Source: a virus
Lineage: Duplodnaviria; Caudoviricetes
Length of the DNA: 62,880 nt
IMG/VR virus record: IMGVR_UViG_3300045838_000044
Coordinates: 1-62,880 of that record
Reading direction: 5' to 3' (one strand)
Shown here: positions 1 to 8,647 of the stretch, piece by piece
Layout: the number at the start of each line of letters is the position of its first letter
How positions within the stretch are numbered: position 1 is the stretch's first letter
The notes under the pieces: model-generated
Database searches by the model: none
The model's input: the letters and a program-made list of their open reading frames with translations, nothing else
What the model was told of the DNA's origin: nothing
Made by a program: the position numbers and the translations under genes

Positions 1-127
1 TGCTGGCCCGGGCGCTGGCGCTTATCCCCGGTACGCCCTTCGAGGGCATGGGGCTCGAAGATTTGGAAGCGGCCGTGGTCAATCGCGACCCGCGGGAGGT
101 TGGCGCTTCGACGCAACCCGCGGGCGC
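1..127. repeat. Terminal direct repeat, copy 1 (identical to 62754-62880); circular-assembly overlap
   Basis: TGCTGGCCCGGGCGCTGG...CAACCCGCGGGCGC occurs identically at both ends; 127 bp is a common assembler k-mer size. Confidence 0.95.
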
Positions 128-422
128 GGCGGCTGCCCCCTCGGTGCCGGCCGGCGGAGCGGAGCGATCCGTTTCCGCCGGCCCGGCCGAGGGACTGACC
201 ATGCTGTCGGCGCTGGAGGAGGCGCGGCACATTCTCGTACGCGGCCTATTCACGCCGAGCGCCCGGCCCCAAACAGAATCGAGTGCACAGCACGCGATGC
301 CCAACGCGCCCGGGGACGCGGCTTCGGCTCCGTCCCCGGGCGCCGACGGCGTGTTCTGCTCCTGCTGCGGCGAGATGGTGCGTGACTGTCGAGATCGTCG
401 ACGGAAGGAAGGGAGGCCATAG
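1..422 (+). CDS. Hypothetical protein, 3' part of the gene starting at 62522 and crossing the circular join
   Basis: ATG 62522 is in frame with the MGLEDLE ORF (48..422) through the repeat; C-terminal CxxC motif. Confidence 0.7.
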   Translation, partial: LARALALIPGTPFEGMGLEDLEAAVVNRDPREVGASTQPAGAAAAPSVPAGGAERSVSAGPAEGLTMLSALEEARHILVRGLFTPSARPQTESSAQHAMPNAPGDAASAPSPGADGVFCSCCGEMVRDCRDRRRKEGRP

Positions 423-425
423 ACC

Positions 426-848
426 ATGCAGAGCGCTCGCTTCTTGGACCCCGCCAACAACCGGATCCACCTGCCCATCTACGGCCAGGGCTCCGGTCCC
501 CAGCGCCTCCTCCAGCCGGTCCCCGGCTCCGTCGCGCCGCCGGCCGCGCCCCCCGAGCCGCTCACCGCCGACCAGATCCCCTGCGCCTACCAAACGTGCA
601 CCCGGCCGGCGAGCGTCTACCCGGTGATCCAGTTGCCACCGCCAGCGGCCACGGCCAGCGGCCAGCCCTTGCGGATCGTGTTCCGGCGCAACCCCGCCTG
701 CGACCTCCACCAGCACCCGATGGTGGCGACGCTGGCACCCCGGATGCGGGCGGCGCTGACGGACTACTTCCGGTCTCGAGGGCTGCCGGCGGCGGACTGG
801 GACGTCGCCCGCTGGGAGTTCGAGCCGGTGGCCGGGGAGGGGCGGTGA
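426..848 (+). CDS. Hypothetical protein
   Basis: GGAGG RBS, GC3-rich codons, stop overlaps the next start. Confidence 0.65.
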   Translation: MQSARFLDPANNRIHLPIYGQGSGPQRLLQPVPGSVAPPAAPPEPLTADQIPCAYQTCTRPASVYPVIQLPPPAATASGQPLRIVFRRNPACDLHQHPMVATLAPRMRAALTDYFRSRGLPAADWDVARWEFEPVAGEGR

Positions 849-1069
849 TGCTGTTCTTCGAGGGTGACACCTTGCATGTCAGGCTCCATCCCGGGCTCAA
901 CCGCTACGGCGCGCCTGAGGTCTTCATTCAGTTCAAGCCCGTCGTTTCCGGGGCAGTCGACAGAGACACGCTGACAGCCGTCGCCGCCCTCGAACTGGGC
1001 GAGATGCTGGTCGCGGCGGCCCGCGCTGCGCTGGCCATGGAGAGGCGGCCGAAGGGGGATGAGCGGTAA
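848..1069 (+). CDS. Hypothetical protein
   Basis: TGATG coupling to the upstream gene; MLFFEGDTLHVRL... Confidence 0.55.
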   Translation: MLFFEGDTLHVRLHPGLNRYGAPEVFIQFKPVVSGAVDRDTLTAVAALELGEMLVAAARAALAMERRPKGDER

Positions 1070-1166
1070 TGGGGATTCTCTTCGAGCACCCGTGGTGGAC
1101 GACGGTATGGCTGGCGATCGGCGCCGCCGTGGTCATCGAGGTCGCGCGCGCGTTTGGAGGCCGCCG

Positions 1167-1448
1167 ATGACGACCACGATCTGGAAGTTCCCACTGCTGA
1201 CCGTCGACCAGCAGACCATTCCGGCGCGTAAGGGCGCCAAGCCGCTGGCCGTCCAGGTTCAGCATGGGCAGCTCTGTCTATGGGCCCTGGTCGACCCCAA
1301 CGCCGAACCCGCGGAAATGCGGGTGTGGGTTCACGGCACGGGGCACATCGTCACCGCCGAGGCACCGAAGCACTACCTCGGCACGGTGCAATTCATGGGC
1401 GGCCAGTTGGTGTTCCACGTCTTCACCGAGGCGGAGCCCGTCCGATGA
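1167..1448 (+). CDS. Conserved small phage protein (DUF7352-like)
   Basis: TIWKFPL...LWALVD...GTGH...YLGTVQ...LVFHVF pattern; GGAGG RBS. Confidence 0.7.
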   Translation: MTTTIWKFPLLTVDQQTIPARKGAKPLAVQVQHGQLCLWALVDPNAEPAEMRVWVHGTGHIVTAEAPKHYLGTVQFMGGQLVFHVFTEAEPVR

Positions 1449-2110
1449 CGCGCCAGCTCCTCATGACCCCCGTCATCGGTGCCGAGTTCGACTGGACCCT
1501 CGCCGCCTCCGACCTCGCCCGGGCGTGGGCCCGAAGCGCGCTGGCTGGCCCCAGACGGGGCGTTCCCGCGCCGGCCGGGCTCCCGCAGCCTGACCGCCTC
1601 CAGTTCGACCTGTGGCCCGAGGATCTGCTGGCCCAGCGCCCCTGGACCGTCCGCCAGCCGGACAGAAAATGGAGCAGCGCTCCCCGCCCCATGAGCCTCC
1701 CCCGCCGCCGCCTCAGCGCCAAGGAGCGGGCCATCGCCCAGGCCCGCCAGCAGCTCGCCGGCGCCGAGGTGGAGATCCCACGGCCGCGGGTGCGCGGCGA
1801 CTGCGCCTCGGTCCCCCGGCCGTGCCCGTTCGTGAGCTGCCGGCACCACCTCTACCTCGACGTGACCGAGCGCGGCTGGCTCAAGCTGAATTTCCCACAC
1901 CTCGATGTGTTGGAGATGGCCGAGAGCTGCTCGCTGGACGTCGCCGAGCGCGAGGGCTCGCGGGTGGAGGACGACCCGCTGCTCACCGCCAACATCTCGC
2001 TGGAGGAGCTGGGGAAGCTCTTCAACGTCAGCTTGGAGGGCGCGCGGCAGTCGGAGATCGACGCCCGTGAGGAGCTGAAAGAGAAGCTGCGGTCGTGGGG
2101 CAGCGAATGA
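1445..2110 (+). CDS. Cys/His-rich sigma70 region-4-like DNA-binding protein, paralog 1 (candidate late regulator)
   Basis: RPRVRGDC..VPRPCPFVSCRHHLYLDV...ESCSLDVAE...SLEELGKLFNVSLEGARQSE; lies just upstream of the terminase genes. Confidence 0.7.
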   Translation: MTRQLLMTPVIGAEFDWTLAASDLARAWARSALAGPRRGVPAPAGLPQPDRLQFDLWPEDLLAQRPWTVRQPDRKWSSAPRPMSLPRRRLSAKERAIAQARQQLAGAEVEIPRPRVRGDCASVPRPCPFVSCRHHLYLDVTERGWLKLNFPHLDVLEMAESCSLDVAEREGSRVEDDPLLTANISLEELGKLFNVSLEGARQSEIDAREELKEKLRSWGSE

Positions 2111-2403
2111 GGCGGCACCTCGTCCGAGCCGAGGGCGCCGCCCGGAAGGAGGCGTGGGCCATCGAGCTGCGCGAGGACCCCAGGCAGGAGGAACCGATCC
2201 GTGTCGACGGGGACACCGTGACGGTGCGCTTCCTCGACGGCTTCCGCCGCCACGCGCAGATCCTCCAGACCGTGCCCCCCACGCTCTGGAACACCCTCAC
2301 CGGCGAGCTCTTCGAGCTGCCGCCCATCCGCTGCGAGTGCGGCGAGCGACACACCATCACCATCGAGAAACTGCTGGAAGGAGTAGAGCCGTATGCCCCC
2401 TGA
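2107..2403 (+). CDS. Hypothetical protein
   Basis: Translationally coupled on both sides; CxC motif. Confidence 0.6.
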   Translation: MRRHLVRAEGAARKEAWAIELREDPRQEEPIRVDGDTVTVRFLDGFRRHAQILQTVPPTLWNTLTGELFELPPIRCECGERHTITIEKLLEGVEPYAP

Positions 2404-2800
2404 GGACAAGCCCAAGAAGCGTGGCTCCGGGCGCCCCTGGCAGAAGGGCCAGAGCGGCAACCCCGGGGGCCTCTCCTACGAGCGCCGCGAATACCTCAAG
2501 GCCCTCCGGAACCAGGAGAAGAGCTTCCTCGACCAGGCCGTCGTCAAGCTGCGCGAGCTGGCGCTGCAAGGGCACGAGTGGGCGCTGAGGGACTACCTCG
2601 ATCGGTTCGGGGTACGCATGCCCGAGAAGCTGGAGCTGTCGGGCGAGGACGGCGCCCCGCTGGTGCCCGCCGCGAACCCGCTGGATCCATCCACGATGAC
2701 GTCCGAGCAGGTGCGCAAGCGGCTCGAGGCCATCCGCAGCGAGCGGGCGCAGCTCCTGGCCGCGGTCGTTGCCCAAGATGCGCCCCGCAACGATACGTAG
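2393..2800 (+). CDS. terS: Terminase small subunit (DUF5681-like)
   Basis: GRPWQKGQSGNPGG motif, KLELSGEDGAPL, immediately upstream of TerL. Confidence 0.8.
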   Translation: MPPEDKPKKRGSGRPWQKGQSGNPGGLSYERREYLKALRNQEKSFLDQAVVKLRELALQGHEWALRDYLDRFGVRMPEKLELSGEDGAPLVPAANPLDPSTMTSEQVRKRLEAIRSERAQLLAAVVAQDAPRNDT

Positions 2801-4202
2801 GCGCCTCGCCGAGCTCGACCGCCAAGAGTTGGCCCTCCTGCAGGCGCAGCGAGGGCCGCTGACGTTCCGGGAGTTCCTCGCGGCCTACGTGCCCCACGAG
2901 CCCCCGCCGCGCCACCTCACCCCGCTCATCGATATCATCGAGCGCGCCCGCCGCGAGCAGATCCGGGTGTGCATCTCGATGCCCCCCCGCCACGCCAAGA
3001 CGGTCACCCTGCAGCGGGCCCTCGCTTGGTGGATCTGGGCCACGCCCACTGACACGTGCGCATACGTGTCGTACTCGGAGACGCAGGCCACCTCCCGCTC
3101 CGAGATCGCCCGCCAGCTCATCGGGCGCCTCGGCATGCCCATGTCCGACCTCGACACCAAGGCGGAGTGGCGCACGAGCCGCGGCGGCGGATTGCTGTCG
3201 GCCGGCGCCGGCGGCGGCCTCACCGGCAAGGGCGTGCAGGGCCTGATGGTGTTCGACGATCCCTACAAGGACCGCGAGGAGGCCGAGAGCCCCACCATCC
3301 GCGAGAAGATCTGGGATCGTTTCTCCGACGTGGTGATGACCCGCGACGAGGGCCAGAGCGTGATCATTTGTCACACGCGGTGGGTGACCGACGACCTCAT
3401 CGGCCGCCTCACGCGCGAGCACGGCTGGGAGTACTTGAACCTGGCGGCCATTGCCGGCCCCGGAGATCCCCTCGGGCGCCAGCCCGGCGAGCCGCTCTGG
3501 CCCGAGCAGCACCCGCTCGCAAAGCTCGAGAGCGTCCGCAAGATCAACGACTACACCTTCGCCAGCCTCTTTCAGGGCAACCCCCGGCCGCGGGGCTCGG
3601 TGGTGTTCGGGCCCGAGACCTACTACGAGCAGGACAGCTTCAACCTCGACGGCTGGCGCCTGTCCCTCTACGCCGATCCCGCGGCCAGCGAGAGGACCTC
3701 GGCCGACTACAGCGTGCTCCTCGTGCTGGCGCTGCGCGGGTACGGCGAGAAGACCGAGGGGCGGGTGCTCGACGTCTACCGCCAGCAGGTGTCGATCCCG
3801 GAGTTCGTACGGGTGGTGCGCGCCTTCCAGGAGCGGTATGGCAACCCGCGGGTGGGGATCGAGTCGGTGGCCGGCTTCAAGGCCGTCCCGCAGATGCTGA
3901 AGGAGGTGGACAAGGCGCTGCGGATCAAGGAGTGCATCCCGCTCGGTGACAAGTTCACCCGGGCGCAGCCGGCGGCGACGGCCTGGAACCAGGGCCGGAT
4001 ACAGGTGCCGCGGCCGACGCCTGAGCGGCCGGTGCCATGGTTGAAGGACTTCCTCCATGAGGTCTCGGTGTTCACCGGGGGCAGCAAGGACCGCCACGAC
4101 GATCAAGTCGACTGCTTGAGCGGAGGCTGGAACGAAGGATTCCGCGAGCAGCCAGTGACCTTCCTCAGCGAGGGACGGGCGATGCCGAAGCGGCGGATCT
4201 GA
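2778..4202 (+). CDS. terL: Terminase large subunit
   Basis: Walker A SMPPRHAKT, Walker B LMVFDDP, TRWVTDD, nuclease motifs YADPA and HDDQVD. Confidence 0.95.
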   Translation: MRPATIRRRLAELDRQELALLQAQRGPLTFREFLAAYVPHEPPPRHLTPLIDIIERARREQIRVCISMPPRHAKTVTLQRALAWWIWATPTDTCAYVSYSETQATSRSEIARQLIGRLGMPMSDLDTKAEWRTSRGGGLLSAGAGGGLTGKGVQGLMVFDDPYKDREEAESPTIREKIWDRFSDVVMTRDEGQSVIICHTRWVTDDLIGRLTREHGWEYLNLAAIAGPGDPLGRQPGEPLWPEQHPLAKLESVRKINDYTFASLFQGNPRPRGSVVFGPETYYEQDSFNLDGWRLSLYADPAASERTSADYSVLLVLALRGYGEKTEGRVLDVYRQQVSIPEFVRVVRAFQERYGNPRVGIESVAGFKAVPQMLKEVDKALRIKECIPLGDKFTRAQPAATAWNQGRIQVPRPTPERPVPWLKDFLHEVSVFTGGSKDRHDDQVDCLSGGWNEGFREQPVTFLSEGRAMPKRRI

Positions 4203-4236
4203 GCGGCCGGCCGTTTCGCTGGATCATCGGCGGTCA

Positions 4237-6693
4237 GTGGCCCGCAACCGTCCAGCGCTCCAGGCGTTCAGCGACATCCCGGTTTCGACGATCGCGGGCG
4301 CCGATACGGTTCAGTCGATCGCTTCGATCCTCGCCACCCACGACCGGGGCCAGCTCTTCGACTCCGCCCGGCTCTGGGACGCCATGAGACGGGACGACCG
4401 CATCACTGGCGTCATGCGCACGCGGGTGGGCGCCCTCGTGGCCTCCCCGCTGGAGATCAAGCCCGCGAACGGGAAGGCCAAGGCGGAGAGGGTAGCGCGC
4501 GAGCTGGCCGGGGACGGACAGGACGACGTTGGCCTCTGGGACACCATCTGCCCCCAGCACGTCATCAAGGCTCTCTCCGAGTGGGGAAACGGCCTCGGGA
4601 TCGGCGTCGCCGAGATCGTGTGGGACACCGGCTATCAGGTGCAAGAGTGGACGCCGGTTTCACCCGGCGTCGCCTATGCGGCGCCCAGCCCAATGGGCGC
4701 AGCGCCGTCGACAAAAGCTCGGTGGTTGCCGCGGCTCCGGCTCTGGCACCCGCAGTTTCTTTACTTCGACTGGAGCGAGTACCGCTTCCACCTCATCTGC
4801 CGCGAGGGAACCGTTCCGCTGCCCAACATCGACGAGCAGCCGCACTCCGACGGCAAATGGGTGATCTGGGCGCCCTACGGTTACAAGTACGGCTGGCTCG
4901 CCGGGCTCGTCCGCTCGCTGGCGGACAAGTACCTCATGCGCGGGTGGGACTACCGCGACTGGGCCCGCTACAACGAGCGCCACGGCCTCCCGTTGCTAGT
5001 GGCCCAGACGCCCGCCGACGCTGAGAAGGACGTCAAGGAGAACTTCGCGCGCTCGCTCTCGACGCTGGGCTCGGACGCGGTGGTGGAGACGCCCCAGATC
5101 GACGGCGAAAACAAGTACGACGTGAAGCTGGTGGAGGCGACGGCGCGGTCGTTCGACTCGTTCGACAAGTTTAAGTCCCAGCTCGACACCGACATCGCGA
5201 TCTTGATCCTCGGCCAGAACCTCACCACCGAGGTCAAGCAGGGCTCGCGGGCCGCCGCGCAGGTGCAGAACCTCGTGCGCATCGACAAGGCGATCGAGGA
5301 CGCTGGCATCGCCCAGTGCATCCGCCAGCAGGTCCTGACCTGGTGGGCCCTCTACAACTTCGGAGACCCCGAGCTCGCCCCGCGCCCCGAGTACCAGGTG
5401 GAGCCCCCCGAGGACGAGTTGAAGGAGGCCACGGCGCTCAAGATGCTCGGGGACGCGCTCGGCTCCCTCAAGGCGGCCGCCGCGCCCATCGACGTGCGCA
5501 CCATCCTCGACCGGGCCGGCGTGCCGATGATCTCCGAGGAGGAGGAGGCCGCCCAGAAGGCCATCGCCGCCGAGGAGCAGGCGGCGCGCATGCAGGCCAT
5601 GCAGCAGGCGGGCGGCGGCGGGGACGGCGCCGACGGAGGCAATGAGGGCGGCGACGGGGCAGCGGGCGGCGATGGCGCGAACGGCGCTCCCCCCGGCAAG
5701 GAGAAGCAGGTGGCCAACGCCGCGCTGGGGGCGAGCACGCGCATCCCGCTCCCGCCGCCGGTGAAGCGCTACGAGTTCCAGGGGCTGCCCATCGCCGTCG
5801 AGAACCCGGCGGGCTCCATCCGCGTCTGGCGCGAGACGGGCCCGGAGGGCGGGATCATCGGCTCGACGACGATGCTGCACGACTACGGCTATATCGACGG
5901 CCACATGGGCAGCGACGGCGAGGAGCTGGACTGCTACGTCGGTCCTGACGAGACCGCGCCGAACGTGCACATTATCCATCAAATGGCCCCCCCGGACTTC
6001 GAGCGGCGGGACGAGGATAAGGTTATGCTGGGCTTCCGCGAGCCCAACGACGCCAAGGCCGCCTACGTCGCCCATCGGAACGACGGCGAGCGCGCGATCG
6101 GCGGCATCAGCATCACGCCCATCAAGATCTTCAAGGCCAAGCTGCGGCGCCGGACCGGCACCGGGAAGATCCGGGCCACGGCGGTGGTGCAGCTCGTGAT
6201 CCGCGAGGAGAACGGCCGCTGGAACGTCTACGCCGAGGACGGCAAGCACATGGGCGGGCCCTACGACACGAAGGCCGAGGCCGTCGAGCGGCTGCGCCAG
6301 ATCGAAGGGCACAAGGCGCACAGCGGGCTCGAGACCGACCTCGAGCGCCACCGGCAGACCATCGAGGCCCTGGTGCGGTTCGTGGACCGCATCGAGCAGC
6401 CCGCCGTCCTGCGCTCGCGGCGCTCGCCCGAGGGCCGGCGCCGGGCATCCGCCTACGGCGACAACGACCGGCTGGTGGCGTCGGCGAAGCGCCAGGCGGC
6501 GCGGGCGCTGGCGGTCGACCTCTCGGCCATGCAGGAGGAGATCGACGCCTGCCATTCCTACGAGGATCTGCGGAAGCGGATCCTCGTGCGCTACCGGCAT
6601 TCGATGGCGCCCGAGAAGCTGGCGACGGTGGTAGAGAAGGCGCGACTCTTGGCCTATCTCGGCGGCCGGCTCTCGGCGCAGGAGCAGGTGTGA
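4237..6693 (+). CDS. Mu gp29-like (DUF935) portal protein with an inserted InPase-like domain
   Basis: DWARYNERHGLP and ILILGQNLTTE...GSRAAAQVQ portal motifs; internal ENPAGSIR...HDYGYI..H.GSDGEELDCYVG...DEDKVMLGF; Mu-type helical C-terminus. Confidence 0.9.
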   Translation: MARNRPALQAFSDIPVSTIAGADTVQSIASILATHDRGQLFDSARLWDAMRRDDRITGVMRTRVGALVASPLEIKPANGKAKAERVARELAGDGQDDVGLWDTICPQHVIKALSEWGNGLGIGVAEIVWDTGYQVQEWTPVSPGVAYAAPSPMGAAPSTKARWLPRLRLWHPQFLYFDWSEYRFHLICREGTVPLPNIDEQPHSDGKWVIWAPYGYKYGWLAGLVRSLADKYLMRGWDYRDWARYNERHGLPLLVAQTPADAEKDVKENFARSLSTLGSDAVVETPQIDGENKYDVKLVEATARSFDSFDKFKSQLDTDIAILILGQNLTTEVKQGSRAAAQVQNLVRIDKAIEDAGIAQCIRQQVLTWWALYNFGDPELAPRPEYQVEPPEDELKEATALKMLGDALGSLKAAAAPIDVRTILDRAGVPMISEEEEAAQKAIAAEEQAARMQAMQQAGGGGDGADGGNEGGDGAAGGDGANGAPPGKEKQVANAALGASTRIPLPPPVKRYEFQGLPIAVENPAGSIRVWRETGPEGGIIGSTTMLHDYGYIDGHMGSDGEELDCYVGPDETAPNVHIIHQMAPPDFERRDEDKVMLGFREPNDAKAAYVAHRNDGERAIGGISITPIKIFKAKLRRRTGTGKIRATAVVQLVIREENGRWNVYAEDGKHMGGPYDTKAEAVERLRQIEGHKAHSGLETDLERHRQTIEALVRFVDRIEQPAVLRSRRSPEGRRRASAYGDNDRLVASAKRQAARALAVDLSAMQEEIDACHSYEDLRKRILVRYRHSMAPEKLATVVEKARLLAYLGGRLSAQEQV

Positions 6694-7013
6694 GGCTGAC
6701 CGAGCTGAATCCGCGCTGGGTGGGGAAGGGTGGGGAGGGCGTCTTCCGGACGAACGCGCAGGGCGAGCTGGAGCCAGCCCCGCGTCGCGAGGGCGTTGGC
6801 ATCATCATGGCCTGCCCCTGCCGAGGAGCGGATTGCCCATCGCTCTACGTCCCGTTCGACCGGCCGCTGGACGGCGGCCCGCCGATCGACGCGCACAACT
6901 GGACGCGGACCGGGGACACGTTCGAGACCTTGAGCCTGACTCCGTCGATCCAGCGCATCGGTGGCTGCGGCTGGCACGGGTTTATCACCAACGGCGAGGT
7001 CATCAAGGCTTGA
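6690..7013 (+). CDS. DUF6527-like protein
   Basis: CPC...WTRTGDTFETLSLTPSI...CGWHGFITNGEV pattern. Confidence 0.65.
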   Translation: MRLTELNPRWVGKGGEGVFRTNAQGELEPAPRREGVGIIMACPCRGADCPSLYVPFDRPLDGGPPIDAHNWTRTGDTFETLSLTPSIQRIGGCGWHGFITNGEVIKA

Positions 7014-7489
7014 TGCTCCCGCCGCCTGACCCCTGCCACGCCACGATCGTGCAGGTCACGAAGGCGCCGTGCCCCCACGGCGTCACCTGGCAGTGCGGCC
7101 GCGTCCCATTCGTCGTTCACCTGCTCCGCCTCGATCTGGCGACCACCTACTGCGGCGCCGACCCCGACGCGCCGGGCGCCTACTGCGTCCCGCCGGGGAT
7201 GGCCGGCCTCACTTGCGGCGGCTGCAAGTCGGCCATCGGGTCCGACACGCACTTCGGGCGCGCGCCGACGAAGGAAGAGGTCGACGACGCGCTCGCCCGC
7301 TGGCGCATGCTGCACCCGGAGTTGCCCGGCGAGGTGGCGGCGGCGAAAGATCCGTTCTGCGTGGCCTGCCAGGCCGCGTCCGGCTGGCCCATGCTGGCGG
7401 CATCAGCCGAGAGCCGGTATAGGCACCGCCTCCGGGTGAGCGCGCCGCCCGGGGGCAGGGCCGGGGAGGGAAGCCCCTCGCGCCCCTAG
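7013..7489 (+). CDS. Cys-rich hypothetical protein (3' end overlaps structured sequence)
   Basis: TGATG coupling, several CxxC motifs. Confidence 0.5.
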   Translation: MLPPPDPCHATIVQVTKAPCPHGVTWQCGRVPFVVHLLRLDLATTYCGADPDAPGAYCVPPGMAGLTCGGCKSAIGSDTHFGRAPTKEEVDDALARWRMLHPELPGEVAAAKDPFCVACQAASGWPMLAASAESRYRHRLRVSAPPGGRAGEGSPSRP

Positions 7490-7493
7490 TTTT

Positions 7494-7567
7494 GCGGGCT
7501 TGAGGGGCACGGCACCCCGCCGGTCTTTAGCCGCCGGAGATACCGCGTTCGAATCGCGGGGCCCGCC
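7494..7567 (+). tRNA. Atypical tRNA or tRNA-like gene, 8-nt anticodon loop CTTTAGCC (anticodon ambiguous, possibly UUA)
   Basis: Acceptor GCGGGCT/GGCCCGC, D stem GGGG/CCCC, anticodon stem CCGGT/GCCGG, T arm CCGCG-TTCGAAT-CGCGG. Confidence 0.75.
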
Positions 7568-7583
7568 AGCCGAGCGCACCGTG

Positions 7584-7626
7584 GCGTAAAATATCCCTTT
7601 ACGCGATTATGCAGAAATAGGATATT
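7584..7626 (+). promoter_or_regulatory. Promoter with inverted-repeat operators
   Basis: AT-rich patch; TTTACG-17bp-GATATT; inverted repeats GCGTAAA/TTTACGC and AATATCC/GGATATT. Confidence 0.55.
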
Positions 7627-7633
7627 GGTAGCC

Positions 7634-7942
7634 ATGGAGGGCACGACGATGAGCGAGCGCAACCGCAGCCTAGTGGTGGAGATGGCCCGTTACGAGGGCG
7701 ACGACTTTCCGGAGGCCGAGCACTACGCCGAGTTTTGCGCCAGCAAGCTGGCGCAGATCTTTCCCCGGTACGCCGTGGAGGTGCGGTACGCGGGCTATCG
7801 CACGCACGCTTGGGCGGAGGGGGCCAACGATGTCGCCGACAACACCGATGAGGAGGTCGCCAGGGAGGCGGAGCGCCTCTGCAAGGCGGAGTTTTGGGAG
7901 GAGTTCTCCGCCGATGGCTACAAGGCATATGCCACGGGGTAA
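7634..7942 (+). CDS. Small acidic hypothetical protein
   Basis: Follows the promoter, good codon bias, overlaps the XRE gene. Confidence 0.7.
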   Translation: MEGTTMSERNRSLVVEMARYEGDDFPEAEHYAEFCASKLAQIFPRYAVEVRYAGYRTHAWAEGANDVADNTDEEVAREAERLCKAEFWEEFSADGYKAYATG

Positions 7943-8177
7943 GCTTGGCGCGCTCGGCGACGCCGCAGAAATGGATCTCCGCGCCCTCCGTGAGGCGGCC
8001 GGCCTCACCCAGGCCGAGCTGGCGGCCAAGATGGAGGTCGGCCAGGGGCTCATCTCGCGGATCGAGCAGCACCGGAACAACCGCATCGCGATTCTTCGTG
8101 AAGTCGTGCGGGCCCTCGGCGGCGAGCTGGAGATCGTTGCCGTCATCAAGGGCAAGCGCATCCGCCTCGCGGGGTGA
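7929..8177 (+). CDS. XRE/HigA-like HTH regulator
   Basis: LRALREAAGLTQAELAAKMEVGQGLISRIE...RALGGELEIVA. Confidence 0.85.
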   Translation: MPRGKLGALGDAAEMDLRALREAAGLTQAELAAKMEVGQGLISRIEQHRNNRIAILREVVRALGGELEIVAVIKGKRIRLAG

Positions 8178-8181
8178 AACG

Positions 8182-8292
8182 ATGGCCACCGACAACGGCC
8201 AGTACGGGCCTTACAAGTGGTGGGAGATCGTGCTCCTCGTCCTGATGTTCGCCGCGCTCGCCGCCGGGATGTGGTTCCACCTCTTGGCTTAG
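8182..8292 (+). CDS. Small membrane peptide
   Basis: 36 aa with one hydrophobic helix (WWEIVLLVLMFAALAAGMWF). Confidence 0.5.
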   Translation: MATDNGQYGPYKWWEIVLLVLMFAALAAGMWFHLLA

Positions 8293-8366
8293 GTGTCAGG
8301 GCCAGCCCGTGGTGTGTCCTCAGGGGGTCCAAGGGAATCGACGGGCCGGCCCCGACGCCTTCGAGG

Positions 8367-8579
8367 CTAGCGCGGATCGTGGGCGTCGGCCGACTTGCGC
8401 AGCCGGGCCATGATCTCGGGCAGGCGCTCAAGCGCGATCTTCATCTCGTCGACGGCCTCCCGTTGCGTCTTCCCGGTGACGATGTCGTCCAGCACCGCGA
8501 CGTTGACCGTCACGATGTTGATGACGTTGGCGAGGTTGTGAACGGCCTCGCGCAGGCTCGCCGGGGGAAGCGGATCCAC
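8367..8579 (-). CDS. Stand-alone HisKA/DHp-like two-helix protein
   Basis: H-box-like REAVHNLANVINIVTVNVAVL, second helix AVDEMKIALERLPEIMARLR; strong GC3; TATGCT 8 nt upstream of GTG. Confidence 0.6.
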   Translation of the reverse strand: MDPLPPASLREAVHNLANVINIVTVNVAVLDDIVTGKTQREAVDEMKIALERLPEIMARLRKSADAHDPR

Positions 8580-8647
8580 CGAGGAGGAGCATACCCCGGG
8601 CGCGCTGTGATGTTGGGGAGCTTCCGCTCCGGGGCGAGCATCGGGGT

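Noticed and set aside
1-127. Biological terminal repeat or att site
   Set aside because: The length equals a common assembler k-mer and the repeat falls mid-gene, so it is best explained as circular overlap
7395-7490. Second tRNA upstream of the tRNA-like gene
   Set aside because: GC-rich hairpins are present but there is no consistent cloverleaf or T-loop consensus
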